NCBI GenBank assembly: GCA_011364965.1
Contig: RDOB01000005.1
Location: 64,001 to 128,000, forward strand
Reading direction: 5' to 3'
DNA: 64,000 bases
DNA from: Candidatus Heimdallarchaeota archaeon
GTDB taxonomy: Archaea; Asgardarchaeota; Heimdallarchaeia; Hodarchaeales; Hodarchaeaceae
The translations under genes were made by a program, and so were the position numbers. The notes under the pieces were generated by a model. That model did no database searches. It worked only from the letters and a program-made list of their open reading frames with translations, and was not told the origin of the DNA. Shown one piece after another: positions 19,684 through 30,398 of this stretch. Each line of letters starts with the position of its first letter. The first letter of the stretch is position 1.

Positions 19684-20439
19684 ATGATTAGAACAATCGA
19701 ATATGATTTTGAAGAACCCAAGAAGAAGAATATGCCATATATTGTATTTGTTCATGGTGCAGGAGGAAGTAAAGCGCAATGGAGAAAGCAAGTTGATTTT
19801 TTCAAATCATTAGGCTTTGGATTACTCGTTCCTAACCTTCCGGGTCATGGTTCTAGTAAACCCATAGAAATGACAAGTGTTTCTCATTTTGCAAAGACAA
19901 TAATTGATTTGATTACCGAGTTAAGAGTAGAACCATTTATTCTTTGTGGACATTCCATGGGAGGGGCTATTATTCTAGATATAACACTCAAATATTCAAT
20001 AAAAAACCTCAAAAAAGTTATTTTAATTGGTACTGGAGCAAAATTAAATGTTGCCCCTTTATTTTTCGAATTAATTGAAAATAATTTTGATCAAGCATTG
20101 GAAATGATGGAAAAATTCGCTTATGGAGAAGAAGTAGACCCTAATATAATAATAGAAAATAAGAAGATATTTCAAGGCAATGGAGCGCAAATATTGCTTC
20201 AAGATTTCAATTCTTGTACAAAGTTTGACATTCGTGGTCATATTTCCCAAAACATTTCAGTTCCTGTTCTTATAATCTGTGGTGAACAAGATCGTTTAAC
20301 GCCAGTAAAGTATTCAAAATATCTGCAAGAGAATATAAAGGGGTCAGAGTTAATAGTTATTCCTCGTGTTGGACATTTTGCTTTTCAAGAAGCTAAAGAT
20401 CAAGTAAATACAATAATAAATAAATTTATTCAAACTTAA
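19684..20439 (+). CDS. Alpha/beta hydrolase
   Basis: HGAGG oxyanion motif, GHSMGG nucleophile elbow, D and GH catalytic residues. Confidence 0.9.
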   Translation: MIRTIEYDFEEPKKKNMPYIVFVHGAGGSKAQWRKQVDFFKSLGFGLLVPNLPGHGSSKPIEMTSVSHFAKTIIDLITELRVEPFILCGHSMGGAIILDITLKYSIKNLKKVILIGTGAKLNVAPLFFELIENNFDQALEMMEKFAYGEEVDPNIIIENKKIFQGNGAQILLQDFNSCTKFDIRGHISQNISVPVLIICGEQDRLTPVKYSKYLQENIKGSELIVIPRVGHFAFQEAKDQVNTIINKFIQT

Positions 20440-20459
20440 AATAAATCTTTAATCTTGGA

Positions 20460-21365
20460 ATGTGTATCGAAGTGTCAAAAGAATCTTTAATTGAGAAATT
20501 AGGTTTTAATGCAAGTGATAAGGTGATCATTTTTCATATTGATGACATGGGGTTTTCACATGCATCCAACGTTGCCTCATTTGAATGCTTGGATTTTGGG
20601 GTAGCAACTTGCGGATCCGTTATAGTTCCTTCTCCATGGTTCCTTGAAACTGCTAATATTTGTAAAAAAAATTCCCAATATGATGTCGGTGTACATTTGA
20701 CTTTAACTTGCGAATATGATCTGTATCGCTGGAGAGCTATCAGTAGTGTTGATCCCAAAACTGGATTATTAGATCACGAAGGTTGCCTTTGGAGAACATC
20801 AGAGGCTGCTGTAGAAAATATTTCTACCGAAGCTGCTGAATTTGAAATGCGAGCTCAGATTCAAAGAGCAATAAATCATGGTATAGATGTAACTCACATT
20901 GATACCCATATGGGTACAGTTATGAATCCCAAATACATTCAATCTTATTTAACGCTGTCTCAAGAATTTAAAGTTCCTGCTTTCATGCCTAGGGTGACAC
21001 GAGAGCAGTTAATAGAAATTGGTTTGGGTGAGTTTGCAGATATTTATCTTGGATTTCTCACACAGCTAGAAAATGATGGATTTCCTCTTATCGACCAAAT
21101 GATAATTGATACAGGAGGAGAGCAACCAAACAAGGTGGAATATTATTGTGATAGGTTAAAAGAAGTCAAGGAGGGATTAACCCACCTATTATTTCATCCT
21201 GCAAAGATGTCTGAAGAACTGAAAGCAATAACTCCTGAATCTTCAGGGTGGAGAAATCAGGATTATGAAGCTTTTACAAGCTCAGAATTGAAAGAATATA
21301 TAGAGGAATTAGGTTTCAAGATAATTGGATACCGTAAAATTAGAGATCTAATCCGTAAAGCTTGA
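20460..21365 (+). CDS. YdjC/ChbG-family carbohydrate deacetylase
   Basis: HIDDMG, GVHLTLT, THIDTHMG, FHPA. Confidence 0.88.
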   Translation: MCIEVSKESLIEKLGFNASDKVIIFHIDDMGFSHASNVASFECLDFGVATCGSVIVPSPWFLETANICKKNSQYDVGVHLTLTCEYDLYRWRAISSVDPKTGLLDHEGCLWRTSEAAVENISTEAAEFEMRAQIQRAINHGIDVTHIDTHMGTVMNPKYIQSYLTLSQEFKVPAFMPRVTREQLIEIGLGEFADIYLGFLTQLENDGFPLIDQMIIDTGGEQPNKVEYYCDRLKEVKEGLTHLLFHPAKMSEELKAITPESSGWRNQDYEAFTSSELKEYIEELGFKIIGYRKIRDLIRKA

Positions 21366-21400
21366 ATAGCTAATGTCGCTAAAATATCGAGAGAAAAAAA

Positions 21401-22675
21401 ATGTATAACATCCTTGAGATTAGATTTGTTGACATAAATGGATCATTAAAAGCTATGAATGTACCCGTTGAAATAGAAGAGATTACTAATGCCTCTAATG
21501 ATCCGATATTTACAGAGGGTGCAAATATTGATGGGAGTTCAGTTGCTGGGTTCACCCCATTGGAGGACTCAGATCTTCATCTCATTCCAGATTTATCGAG
21601 TTTAACTGAAATCTCATACACTGAAGAGCCCAAGCTTGCTACTATGTGTACGATTTATCAAAGAGGGAAAATTTTTCCTGGTGATACACGTTCACGTTTG
21701 AAGTATATCATTAAAGAAAAACTAGAATCTAGAAATTGGACTTTAAAGGTTGGCCCTGAACCTGAATTTGTATTGTTGAAAGATTCTAAGCCTATCGATG
21801 AAGGTGACTATGCTGATATATACCCTAGAGCTATTGCAGAAGGAATGGTAAAGCGATTTCCACAGCATTTGTCAAAAGCCAAAATTAAAACCAAAGTTCA
21901 TCATCATGAGGTTGGACCTGGTCAATATGAAATAGAAATTGGCCATAATGAGGTTTTACTGCAAGCAGATGCTATACTTACTTATAAGGCGACAATAAGA
22001 GCACTTGCGGTAAAAATGGGGTACCTTGCTTCTTTTATGCCCAAACCCTTTGGAAACCAGCCTGGAAATGGAATGCATTTTCACATTTCACTATGGGAAG
22101 ACGAAAAAAACCTCTTTGCGACTAAAAATGTCAATGAAATATCAAAATTAGGTCAACACTTTATGGCCGGTATTTTGGAACATTCTCAAGCAATAACAGC
22201 ACTTGTTGCCCCAACAATTAACTCATATAAACGACTAGTACCTGGATTTGAGGCCCCGGTATATATTGCATGGGGTCCGCTCAATCGATCTGCTCTTATC
22301 CGTGTTCCCATGTACCAAATCCCTTCACTCGCACGATTTGAATACAGATGCCCCGATCCGAGCACTAATCCCTATATTGCATTTCTAGCTCTTATATCAG
22401 CAGGATTAGATGGTATTGATCGCGAGCTTGAGCTAGTGTCTCCCGTCACACAAAATATTTTCACGTTATCATCTGAGGAACGTGACAGATTAAATATCAA
22501 AACTCTTCCTGGGAATTTATTTGAAGCCCTGAGCTTCTTGAAATCCAATAGACTTCTGCGTCAAGCCTTGGGAGAACATATTTATTCGCAATTCCTCAAA
22601 ATTAAACAAGAAGAGTGGCTACAGTATTCCACCCAAGTAACAGACTGGGATTGGAAGAAATATCTGCATATATAA
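21401..22675 (+). CDS. glnA: Glutamine synthetase, type I
   Basis: DGSS, GPEPEF, HHEVGPGQYEI, FMPKP, GNGMHFHISL, NSYKRLVPGFEAP, NRSALIRVP, EYRCPD. Confidence 0.9.
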   Translation: MYNILEIRFVDINGSLKAMNVPVEIEEITNASNDPIFTEGANIDGSSVAGFTPLEDSDLHLIPDLSSLTEISYTEEPKLATMCTIYQRGKIFPGDTRSRLKYIIKEKLESRNWTLKVGPEPEFVLLKDSKPIDEGDYADIYPRAIAEGMVKRFPQHLSKAKIKTKVHHHEVGPGQYEIEIGHNEVLLQADAILTYKATIRALAVKMGYLASFMPKPFGNQPGNGMHFHISLWEDEKNLFATKNVNEISKLGQHFMAGILEHSQAITALVAPTINSYKRLVPGFEAPVYIAWGPLNRSALIRVPMYQIPSLARFEYRCPDPSTNPYIAFLALISAGLDGIDRELELVSPVTQNIFTLSSEERDRLNIKTLPGNLFEALSFLKSNRLLRQALGEHIYSQFLKIKQEEWLQYSTQVTDWDWKKYLHI

Positions 22676-22693
22676 TGTAATTTAGGTGATATA

Positions 22694-23524
22694 ATGAAAT
22701 TCCAAATTGCTTTAGCTCAAATTAAATCATTTCAAGCTGATCCCAAGAAAAATCTTGATCAGATTCAAAAAATATGTTCTAAATCCGAAATTGTATCCCA
22801 TTCGAACACCATTGTAGTCTTTCCCGAATTATCAGTTACTGGATATCTAATGCACGATGATATATTTGAGTTAGCTCAACCAACTCCACAGGGATCATAT
22901 TGTGAGAAGTTAGTGAAGATTGCAAGCCAAAATTCTTGCTTTATTGTAGCGGGGATGCCAGAGTCATCACTACCTGGACTTATCTACAATACAGCAATAT
23001 TAGTAGGACCAGAAGGATTCTTAGGCAAAGCAAGGAAGATAATGATTCCAAATCATTCCGTATTTAATGAACGAAGATATTTCCGTAGTGCTACTCAGAT
23101 TGGCATTTTAGATACCCCGTTTGGGAAACTTGGATTACAAATATGTTATGATATTTTCAGTCCAGAAGTGACTCGCGCCCACGCTTTTTTAGGCGCCCAT
23201 ACATCCATTTGCATTTCAGCGTCTCCAGGGATACGAAGACACTATTTCGAAGCATTCATTCCCTCTAGAGCAATGGAAAACACTATAAATTTGGTTTATG
23301 TTAACCAAGCTGGTATTCAAGATGATTTAATTTTTTGGGGTGGATCAGAGGCTAGAAATGCTGCAGGGAAGCAAATTGTGAAATTGAAGTATAATGAACC
23401 AGATTTTGGTGTTATTACATTAGATACCGAGGTAGTGAGACAATCAAAACACTTTGTTCCAACTTTGAGAGATGTTCCGCCTTGGATGTATTCAAAACTA
23501 GAATTAGAAAGTCGTGAGTTATAG
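22694..23524 (+). CDS. Carbon-nitrogen hydrolase, probable glutaminase partner of NadE
   Basis: Triad FPELS, RK, ICYD and an FNERRYF motif like the glutaminase domain of Gln-dependent NadE; 14 bp upstream of nadE. Confidence 0.8.
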   Translation: MKFQIALAQIKSFQADPKKNLDQIQKICSKSEIVSHSNTIVVFPELSVTGYLMHDDIFELAQPTPQGSYCEKLVKIASQNSCFIVAGMPESSLPGLIYNTAILVGPEGFLGKARKIMIPNHSVFNERRYFRSATQIGILDTPFGKLGLQICYDIFSPEVTRAHAFLGAHTSICISASPGIRRHYFEAFIPSRAMENTINLVYVNQAGIQDDLIFWGGSEARNAAGKQIVKLKYNEPDFGVITLDTEVVRQSKHFVPTLRDVPPWMYSKLELESREL

Positions 23525-23538
23525 ATGGTGATGAAGTA

Positions 23539-24378
23539 ATGAAAACCATTCCCCCGATTGATGTGGAGCAAATAACTAAACTGATTGAGGAATTCATTCG
23601 CATCCGAGTGAAAGAATCTGGATTAAATGGAGTAGTGATTGGTGTTAGCGGAGGGATTGATTCAGCTGTTGTTACTACTTTGGCTGTCCGTGCATTGGGC
23701 CCTGAAAGGGTTTTTGCGCTTTTTCTTCCCAGTGGTACCACACCTTCAGAAGATTTAGCTGATGTCACTAATTTATGTAAAATTCTTGGGATTAATCTAA
23801 AGGTAATTGATATCCAGAACATTATTCATTCAGTTTCAACCGAAATAAAGGAAAAAGAAGATTCTAATCGACTAGAATGGATGAATTTAAAACCTAGAAT
23901 TCGGCAAACAATCTGGTATTTTTATGCAAATAAGATGAACTGCCTTATATGTGGAGGAGGCAATAAAAGCGAATTAATGATAGGGTATTATACCAAATAT
24001 GGCGATGGAGCAGTTGATCTTTTACCAATTGGAGATATCTATAAAACGCATGTCTACCAACTAGCAAAATATCTTAAAATTCCTAAAAAGATTCTTATGA
24101 AAGCCCCTTCCGCAGGATTATCAGAAAATCAAACTGATGAAACAGAAATTGGCATGAGCTACGATTTATTAGATGCAATACTATTTGGACTTGAACATTT
24201 CCAAACCGAATCCGATATTGCTAATTTACTTGAAATTTCCATCGAAAGAGTAAAAGAGGTAAAATCAATGCTCTATTCAAGTGAACATAAACGAAGGGGG
24301 CCAATTTTGTTAAAATTAGGTGTGAGAACTCCAAATATTGACTGGCGGATACCTCTAGTTGAACCAAGTGAGTTCTAA
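23539..24378 (+). CDS. nadE: NAD+ synthetase
   Basis: SGGIDS PP-loop, NLKPRIR, NKSELMIGYYTKYGDG, YKTHV, KAPSAGL, QTDE, SEHKR. Confidence 0.95.
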   Translation: MKTIPPIDVEQITKLIEEFIRIRVKESGLNGVVIGVSGGIDSAVVTTLAVRALGPERVFALFLPSGTTPSEDLADVTNLCKILGINLKVIDIQNIIHSVSTEIKEKEDSNRLEWMNLKPRIRQTIWYFYANKMNCLICGGGNKSELMIGYYTKYGDGAVDLLPIGDIYKTHVYQLAKYLKIPKKILMKAPSAGLSENQTDETEIGMSYDLLDAILFGLEHFQTESDIANLLEISIERVKEVKSMLYSSEHKRRGPILLKLGVRTPNIDWRIPLVEPSEF

Positions 24379-24416
24379 TATAAAATTAAATTGAATTAAT
24401 TCATGCAGGGAACGAA

Positions 24417-25178
24417 ATGTGTCGACTTCTAGGAATTTTTCGAGAAAATCCAATTTGGCAAGAAATAGCTTTAGAATTTCAAAAGCAGGCTGAAGTTGGA
24501 AATGTTCCTCCAGAGGCAACAAGTTCAGGCCATAAAGATGGTTGGGGTATGGCATATTCAAAAAATAATGAAAAAATGATACTACTAGCTAAAGGTCTTG
24601 GTTCAGCTCTTGAGTCGGAGAGATATCTGGAATCTTTAAAGTCGTTAGAATTCTCCCCTCATGTTTTTCTTTGCCATTTACGAAAAGCGAGTCCTAAAAT
24701 CGCTGTATCTTATGCCAATACTCATCCATTTTTCTGGGAGTCTTGGGCATTTATACATAATGGAACCGTTCATGACGCGAATCAACTATCTTATGATATT
24801 AGTTACCCATTAAGTTCCGAAGGATCTGATTCCGAATATTTCTTTAGATATTTAATGAAATCAATTAATAAAAATCCCAAAATATCAGTTTTACAAAATT
24901 TAGTAAACTCTCTAGATAATTTGACCGTTCAATTCACAGCAATTAATTTTCTGTTAAGTAATGGTAAAATTTTATATTCTCTAAGGTGGGCAAAGCAAAA
25001 TCTAAATTATTATTCTCTCTATTTTCAGAAACATAACTCTTCTATAATTTTTTCTTCTGAACCTATTGGTTTTAAGGGCTCTAAAGAATATTCATGGGAG
25101 GAAATTCCAAATAAAACGCTCCTAGAAGTTTCAATGCCATCTAACGAAATTCGGATAGAATCCCATTCTTTCGATTAA
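24417..25178 (+). CDS. Class II glutamine amidotransferase (YafJ/EgtC-like)
   Basis: N-terminal MCRL, HKDGWG, HLRKAS, NTHPF, HNG, DSE. Confidence 0.9.
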   Translation: MCRLLGIFRENPIWQEIALEFQKQAEVGNVPPEATSSGHKDGWGMAYSKNNEKMILLAKGLGSALESERYLESLKSLEFSPHVFLCHLRKASPKIAVSYANTHPFFWESWAFIHNGTVHDANQLSYDISYPLSSEGSDSEYFFRYLMKSINKNPKISVLQNLVNSLDNLTVQFTAINFLLSNGKILYSLRWAKQNLNYYSLYFQKHNSSIIFSSEPIGFKGSKEYSWEEIPNKTLLEVSMPSNEIRIESHSFD

Positions 25179-25183
25179 ATATA

Positions 25184-26953
25184 CTATTCTATTGTCGCTC
25201 GGATTCTTATTAAGCCTGTTCCGATATTCTGCTGCTTTTGAATTATAAAATGCTTAATTTCACTCGTATTTCTGACATGGGGTCCTGTACAAATTTCTTT
25301 GGAAAAATCTCCAACAGAATAAACAGATACATTTTCTTCATATCGATCATCAAAGAAACCTAAAGCTCCTTGTTTTTTGGCTTCTGAAGGCTTCATAATT
25401 ACTTTCTTAACTGGTAACGCTTCCTGTATTTTTTGGTTAACAAGATCTTCAACTGCTTTCAGTTCTTCCCTAGAGAGTTTCTGTGAATGAGTAAAGTCAA
25501 AGCGTGTCCTTTCTGATGTGATATTACTTCCTCTTTGCTGAACGTGTTCACCTAATACCTCTCTCAAAGCTTGCTGAAGTAAGTGAGTTGCTGTATGTAA
25601 TCTTGTAGTTCTTGATGAATGATCAGCTAATCCACTTTGAAAAGTTCCTTCAGTTGCTTTCCGTGAGAGATCTCTATGTCCTTCAAATTCCTGTTTAAAT
25701 TTATCAAGATCGATTTCTAGATTTTTTTCAGCAGCTAATTCAAGAGTAATTTCCAATGGGAATCCGAATGAAGTAAATAATAAAAAAGCATCCTTTGCTG
25801 TAATTGTACCAGTCTGCGAATAGATTTGATTAAATTTTCTCAATCCTTTTCTTAAGGCAGTAGAAAATTTCTGCTCTTCTTGAGTTAACTGCTCAATTAT
25901 AAAGCTTTTATTATTTTCAAGTTCTGGGTAAATATTTTTGTAGGTTTCTATGACTATCTGAGCAAGAACTGGAAGAAAGCGTTGTTTGATATTTAATAAA
26001 TTTCCCTGTCTAATAATCCTTCTTATTAAACGCCTTAAAACGTATCCTTGCCCCAAATTAGATGGTGTTAAATGTTTATCGTCTCCTAGAATGAAAGTTG
26101 CAGCACGAATATGATCTGCTATTATATGGACTGATTCTATTTGTTCTGGGTTAGGATGGTCTATTTTCGTGAAATCTACTATACGATCCACTATTGGTTT
26201 AATCGTATCAATTTCGAAAATTGTCTTCATATCATTTAATACTGCCACAGTCCGTTCAATCCCCATGCCTGTATCAACATTTTTCTGTTTTAATTTTTCG
26301 TATTTATTCTCTGAAACTTTATTATAACTCATAAATACGTCATTCCAGATTTCAAAATACTTACCACAATTACAACCTGGTTGACAGCTTGAAGAGCATT
26401 TTTTCTTTCCTGTATCGAAAAACATTTCAGTATCTGGACCACAAGGCCCTGTTTCCCCAGCTGGTCCCCACCAATTATCTTCACGAGGTAGATAATATAT
26501 TCTTTTTTCAGGAATACCCACTTTTTTCCAAATAGATGCAGATTCCTCATCACGAGGAACCTCTTCATCGCCTTCAAAAACGGTTACAGAGATTTTATTT
26601 GGATCTAGGCCTAGCCAACGTGGATCCGTTAAGAACTCCCAGCTCATCTCTATTGCTTCTTCTTTGAAATAATCCCCTAAAGACCAGTTACCAAGCATTT
26701 CAAAAAATGTTAAATGAGTCGAATCTCCAACATCTTCAATATCACCTGTACGGATGCATTTTTGACAATTTACTAGGCGTTTACCAGACGGATGGGGTTC
26801 TCCAAGTAAAAATGGTTGCAGAGGGTGCATGCCAGCGGTCGTGAAAAGGACTGTAGGATCATTTTCAGGTAGTAAAGAAGCTGAGCTAATGATAGAATGA
26901 TTTTTTTCTTCAAAAAATTTCAAGTACAATGTTCTAAGCATATCGGAGTCCAC
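25184..26953 (-). CDS. alaS: Alanine--tRNA ligase, short form lacking the C-Ala domain
   Basis: LFTTAGMHPL, HLTFFEMLGNWS, GPCGPDTE, DTGMGIER, DHIRA; editing motifs HTATH and CTGPH. Confidence 0.95.
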   Translation of the reverse strand: MDSDMLRTLYLKFFEEKNHSIISSASLLPENDPTVLFTTAGMHPLQPFLLGEPHPSGKRLVNCQKCIRTGDIEDVGDSTHLTFFEMLGNWSLGDYFKEEAIEMSWEFLTDPRWLGLDPNKISVTVFEGDEEVPRDEESASIWKKVGIPEKRIYYLPREDNWWGPAGETGPCGPDTEMFFDTGKKKCSSSCQPGCNCGKYFEIWNDVFMSYNKVSENKYEKLKQKNVDTGMGIERTVAVLNDMKTIFEIDTIKPIVDRIVDFTKIDHPNPEQIESVHIIADHIRAATFILGDDKHLTPSNLGQGYVLRRLIRRIIRQGNLLNIKQRFLPVLAQIVIETYKNIYPELENNKSFIIEQLTQEEQKFSTALRKGLRKFNQIYSQTGTITAKDAFLLFTSFGFPLEITLELAAEKNLEIDLDKFKQEFEGHRDLSRKATEGTFQSGLADHSSRTTRLHTATHLLQQALREVLGEHVQQRGSNITSERTRFDFTHSQKLSREELKAVEDLVNQKIQEALPVKKVIMKPSEAKKQGALGFFDDRYEENVSVYSVGDFSKEICTGPHVRNTSEIKHFIIQKQQNIGTGLIRIRATIE

Positions 26954-27056
26954 TGGATGCCCACCTATTTAATTCATGCTCTAAGAAAACCCACTCTTGT
27001 AAATTAATAAACTATTATCTCTGGTATTTTGTATGATGGAGAAAATGATACCAAAT

Positions 27057-30000
27057 TTACTTATTCTTCACATTATTAATCGAAATCGTGAGCTCTCTAG
27101 TTTTACTGTAAGGATCTTGAATGACCCAGTTTTTAGTAAATCCTTTTACTGTAGAAAAATCGAGAGACAAAGCGAGGACTTCTTCTTTAATCAAGTTTAG
27201 ATAGCGTTGTATCATTTCTTGAGTTTCATTGGTAATATTACTTATTCCCACACATATTTCGTCGTCATATGCGAGCTCCATATCTTTTCGCATTGATTGG
27301 ATTCGTCTAATTAAATCACGTACGAACCCTTCTTGTAGAAGTTCCTCACTAGGATTCATATTGAGGAATAGATCTCCATGAGTGAAAGAAGCCCCGCTAT
27401 ATCCTTCTCGTTCTGTAATTCGAATTTCTAAATCTTCTTTAGAAATTGTAACAATTTGTCCATTGATCTCAATTTCAAGTGTACCGTTTGCATTTAAGAT
27501 TTCAGCAATATCTTTTGCAGTTTGCCCTTTTTGTCCCCTCATCCAAGAAGCAACATCATTTGCATTCTTTTTAAATTTAGGGCCTAATTGTTTGAAATTT
27601 GGTGCAAAAGAAATCTCCTGAAATTCAACAGGATTATCAGAAAAAAGCATCTCTTTTACGTTCAACTCTTGAAGTAATAAATCTTTAAATGCAATTAATG
27701 CTTCTTTTCCTTGCGAATTAGTGACAAAGATAACCTGGGGAAGAGGCCAACGAGCTTTAAAGTCTTTTCTTGCTCTAATGGCCCTTCCGGTAGTTATCGC
27801 GTCACGTGAGATACTCACCAATGATTCTAGTTCTGGTTTTATAGCCTGTTCATTGACGTGGGGATAGGTTTCAAGATGTACACTTAATTTTCCATGACCT
27901 TGGCTTACAACAAGGTCTTGGTAAATTTTTTCACTAAGAAATGGTAAAATTGGAGCGATTACTTTGGATAAAGATTCTAATATCTCATATAAGGTAGAGT
28001 ACGCTGATTTTTTTGAAACAGTTAATTTTTTTTCCCAAAATCTCCTTCGAGACTGTCTGATCCATAAATTGGAAAGGTCTGCGTTCAAGAAATTTTTAAG
28101 AGCTTTTATAGCAAAATGAATTGATAAATCGTCATACCCTTGTTCTATTTCCTTTAATGTGGTATTATAACGAGAGAGTATCCATTGGTCAAGCAATGGT
28201 CTTTTAGATGGTGCAATTTGATATTTTTTTAGCTCTGGAGAGTAATTATCTAGATTTGCATAAGTGACAAAGAAAGATAATACATTCCAAAGCGGTAAAA
28301 TGAATTCTTTGAGACTTTCCTCTACAAGATTGTCACCAAATCGAACATCATTCCAAGTAGGTGTGCTAAAGAGAAGCCATCTGGAAGGATCAGCTCCATA
28401 TTCACTGAAAATATGCTGTGGATCACTGTAGTTTCCTTTTGATTTGGACATCTTCTTACCGTCTTCATCTTGAACATGCCCCATAGTTAAACACGTTAGA
28501 TATGCAGGTTTATCAAATACAACTGTAGAGATCGCTAAGAGAGAGTAGAACCATCCTCGGGTTTGATCGATAGCTTCAGTAATAAAATCAATTGGAAAAT
28601 GCTTTTCAAATTCTTCCTTGTTTTCAAAGGGATAGTGCCATTGAGCGAATGGTGCTGATCCAGAGTCATACCAGCAATCTATTACATACTCTTCTCGTTT
28701 CGCTAAAGATTTACATTTAGGGCATGTGACTTGTATTTTATCAACATCTGGTTTATGAAGAGAGAATCCTTTAGGTAAACCTCCTTTAGTCAAATTATGA
28801 AGCTCTTTACGGCTTCCCACAATGAATTCATGTCCCTTTTTGCAGGTCCAAATTGGAAGAGGAGTACCCCAATAGCGCGAGCGGGATAAAGACCAGTCTT
28901 TTAATTCATCTAGGAAATTACCAAATCGGCCATCTTTAAGGTGCTTGGGTTGCCATCTGATTTGTTGATTTAATTCTCGGATGCGATCACGGACTTGGCT
29001 CATACCAATAAACCAAGATTCCATGGCATAATAAAGAAGAGGGGAATCACATCTCCAGCAAAACGGATATGTATGGGTTATCTCTTCAACTCGAAGTAGT
29101 TTATTCTCTTCCTCTAATTTGTTTATAATAAGGGGGTCTGCTTTTTTGACATGTAAACCACCAAAATCAGGCATATCTGGATCAAAAGTTCCATTTTCAC
29201 GAACAGGATTTAGCATATCTACTCCTATTGCTTGACATAGCTCATAGTCTTCCACACCAAACGCAGGTGCACAATGAACTATCCCTGTTCCTTCTTCCAT
29301 TGAAACAAAATCCGCTGCAACAATGAAATGAGCTTTACCAGTCTTTTTGTTGGCTGTATAAGGGAAAAGAGCTTCATATTCTAAATCGAGGAGTGTTTCG
29401 CCAGGATATTCCTTGAGGATATCTTTTTTCTCATGAAAAACCCGTGGTAAGAGTTCTTTTGCAAATATGAGGATTTCACCTTCGTGATCGACTTCAATGT
29501 ATGCAGCTTCTTTATTAACAGCTAATACTAAATTGGAAAGTAAAGTCCAAGGAGTTGTAGTCCAAGCTAAGGCGTACTTATTTGTTTCTCCTTTTAATTT
29601 GAACTTGATGAATATACTCGGATCTTGGGTTTCCTGATATCCCTGGGCAACTTCATGAGAGGAAATAGGAGTTCCACATCTAGTACAGTAGGGGACAACT
29701 TTATACCCTTTGAATAATAATTTTTTATCATAAATCTGTTTTAACGACCACCAAACCGATTCAATATAATCTTCAGACATTGTGATGTAGGATTTGGAGA
29801 GATCAAGATGAAAACCAATTCTTTCAGACAGCTCTTCCCATTCTTTGACATAACGCATCACAGACTCTGGACACTTAGTAATGAACTTATCAATGCCATA
29901 TTCGATAATATCCTCTTTGCTTTCCAGACCAAGCTCCTTTTCAACTTCAATCTCGACAGGGAGTCCATGACAATCCCAGCCTCCTATTCTTGGTGTTACA

Positions 30001-30236
30001 TAGTGGCCTGTCATGGTTTTGTATCGTAGATAAATATCCTTTATTGCTCGAGTTAACGCATGGCCCATATGGGGGTGTCCATTTGCTGTCGGGGGTCCTT
30101 CCAAAAAAACAAAAGGTTTTTTGTCTTTAGATGCCTCCTGTATCTTGTTATAAATATCATTTTGTTTCCAAAATTCCAGTATGTGCATCTCTTCTTTCGG
30201 AAGGTTTGGTTTGGTTGGTAGATTCGGGAATTTCAC
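27057..30236 (-). CDS. ileS: Isoleucine--tRNA ligase (archaeal/eukaryote type)
   Basis: EGPPTANGHPHMGH, GWDCHGLPVE, WTTTPWTL, GTGIVH, SRSRYWGTPLP, DQTRGWFY, KMSKS. Confidence 0.97.
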   Translation of the reverse strand: MKFPNLPTKPNLPKEEMHILEFWKQNDIYNKIQEASKDKKPFVFLEGPPTANGHPHMGHALTRAIKDIYLRYKTMTGHYVTPRIGGWDCHGLPVEIEVEKELGLESKEDIIEYGIDKFITKCPESVMRYVKEWEELSERIGFHLDLSKSYITMSEDYIESVWWSLKQIYDKKLLFKGYKVVPYCTRCGTPISSHEVAQGYQETQDPSIFIKFKLKGETNKYALAWTTTPWTLLSNLVLAVNKEAAYIEVDHEGEILIFAKELLPRVFHEKKDILKEYPGETLLDLEYEALFPYTANKKTGKAHFIVAADFVSMEEGTGIVHCAPAFGVEDYELCQAIGVDMLNPVRENGTFDPDMPDFGGLHVKKADPLIINKLEEENKLLRVEEITHTYPFCWRCDSPLLYYAMESWFIGMSQVRDRIRELNQQIRWQPKHLKDGRFGNFLDELKDWSLSRSRYWGTPLPIWTCKKGHEFIVGSRKELHNLTKGGLPKGFSLHKPDVDKIQVTCPKCKSLAKREEYVIDCWYDSGSAPFAQWHYPFENKEEFEKHFPIDFITEAIDQTRGWFYSLLAISTVVFDKPAYLTCLTMGHVQDEDGKKMSKSKGNYSDPQHIFSEYGADPSRWLLFSTPTWNDVRFGDNLVEESLKEFILPLWNVLSFFVTYANLDNYSPELKKYQIAPSKRPLLDQWILSRYNTTLKEIEQGYDDLSIHFAIKALKNFLNADLSNLWIRQSRRRFWEKKLTVSKKSAYSTLYEILESLSKVIAPILPFLSEKIYQDLVVSQGHGKLSVHLETYPHVNEQAIKPELESLVSISRDAITTGRAIRARKDFKARWPLPQVIFVTNSQGKEALIAFKDLLLQELNVKEMLFSDNPVEFQEISFAPNFKQLGPKFKKNANDVASWMRGQKGQTAKDIAEILNANGTLEIEINGQIVTISKEDLEIRITEREGYSGASFTHGDLFLNMNPSEELLQEGFVRDLIRRIQSMRKDMELAYDDEICVGISNITNETQEMIQRYLNLIKEEVLALSLDFSTVKGFTKNWVIQDPYSKTRELTISINNVKNK

Positions 30237-30398
30237 AATTTACGCCTCTTTATGTCTTTAGACGGAGAATTGCATGCATTCTTACTTCAAAGATCTTTCC
30301 CAAAAAACGTTTGGCTAGTTTTGGAGGAAATTTCCTTATGTGATTACAAAAGGGAATCTGAATGTCAAAAATACAGCAATCTAAATATCCGTTCAAAC

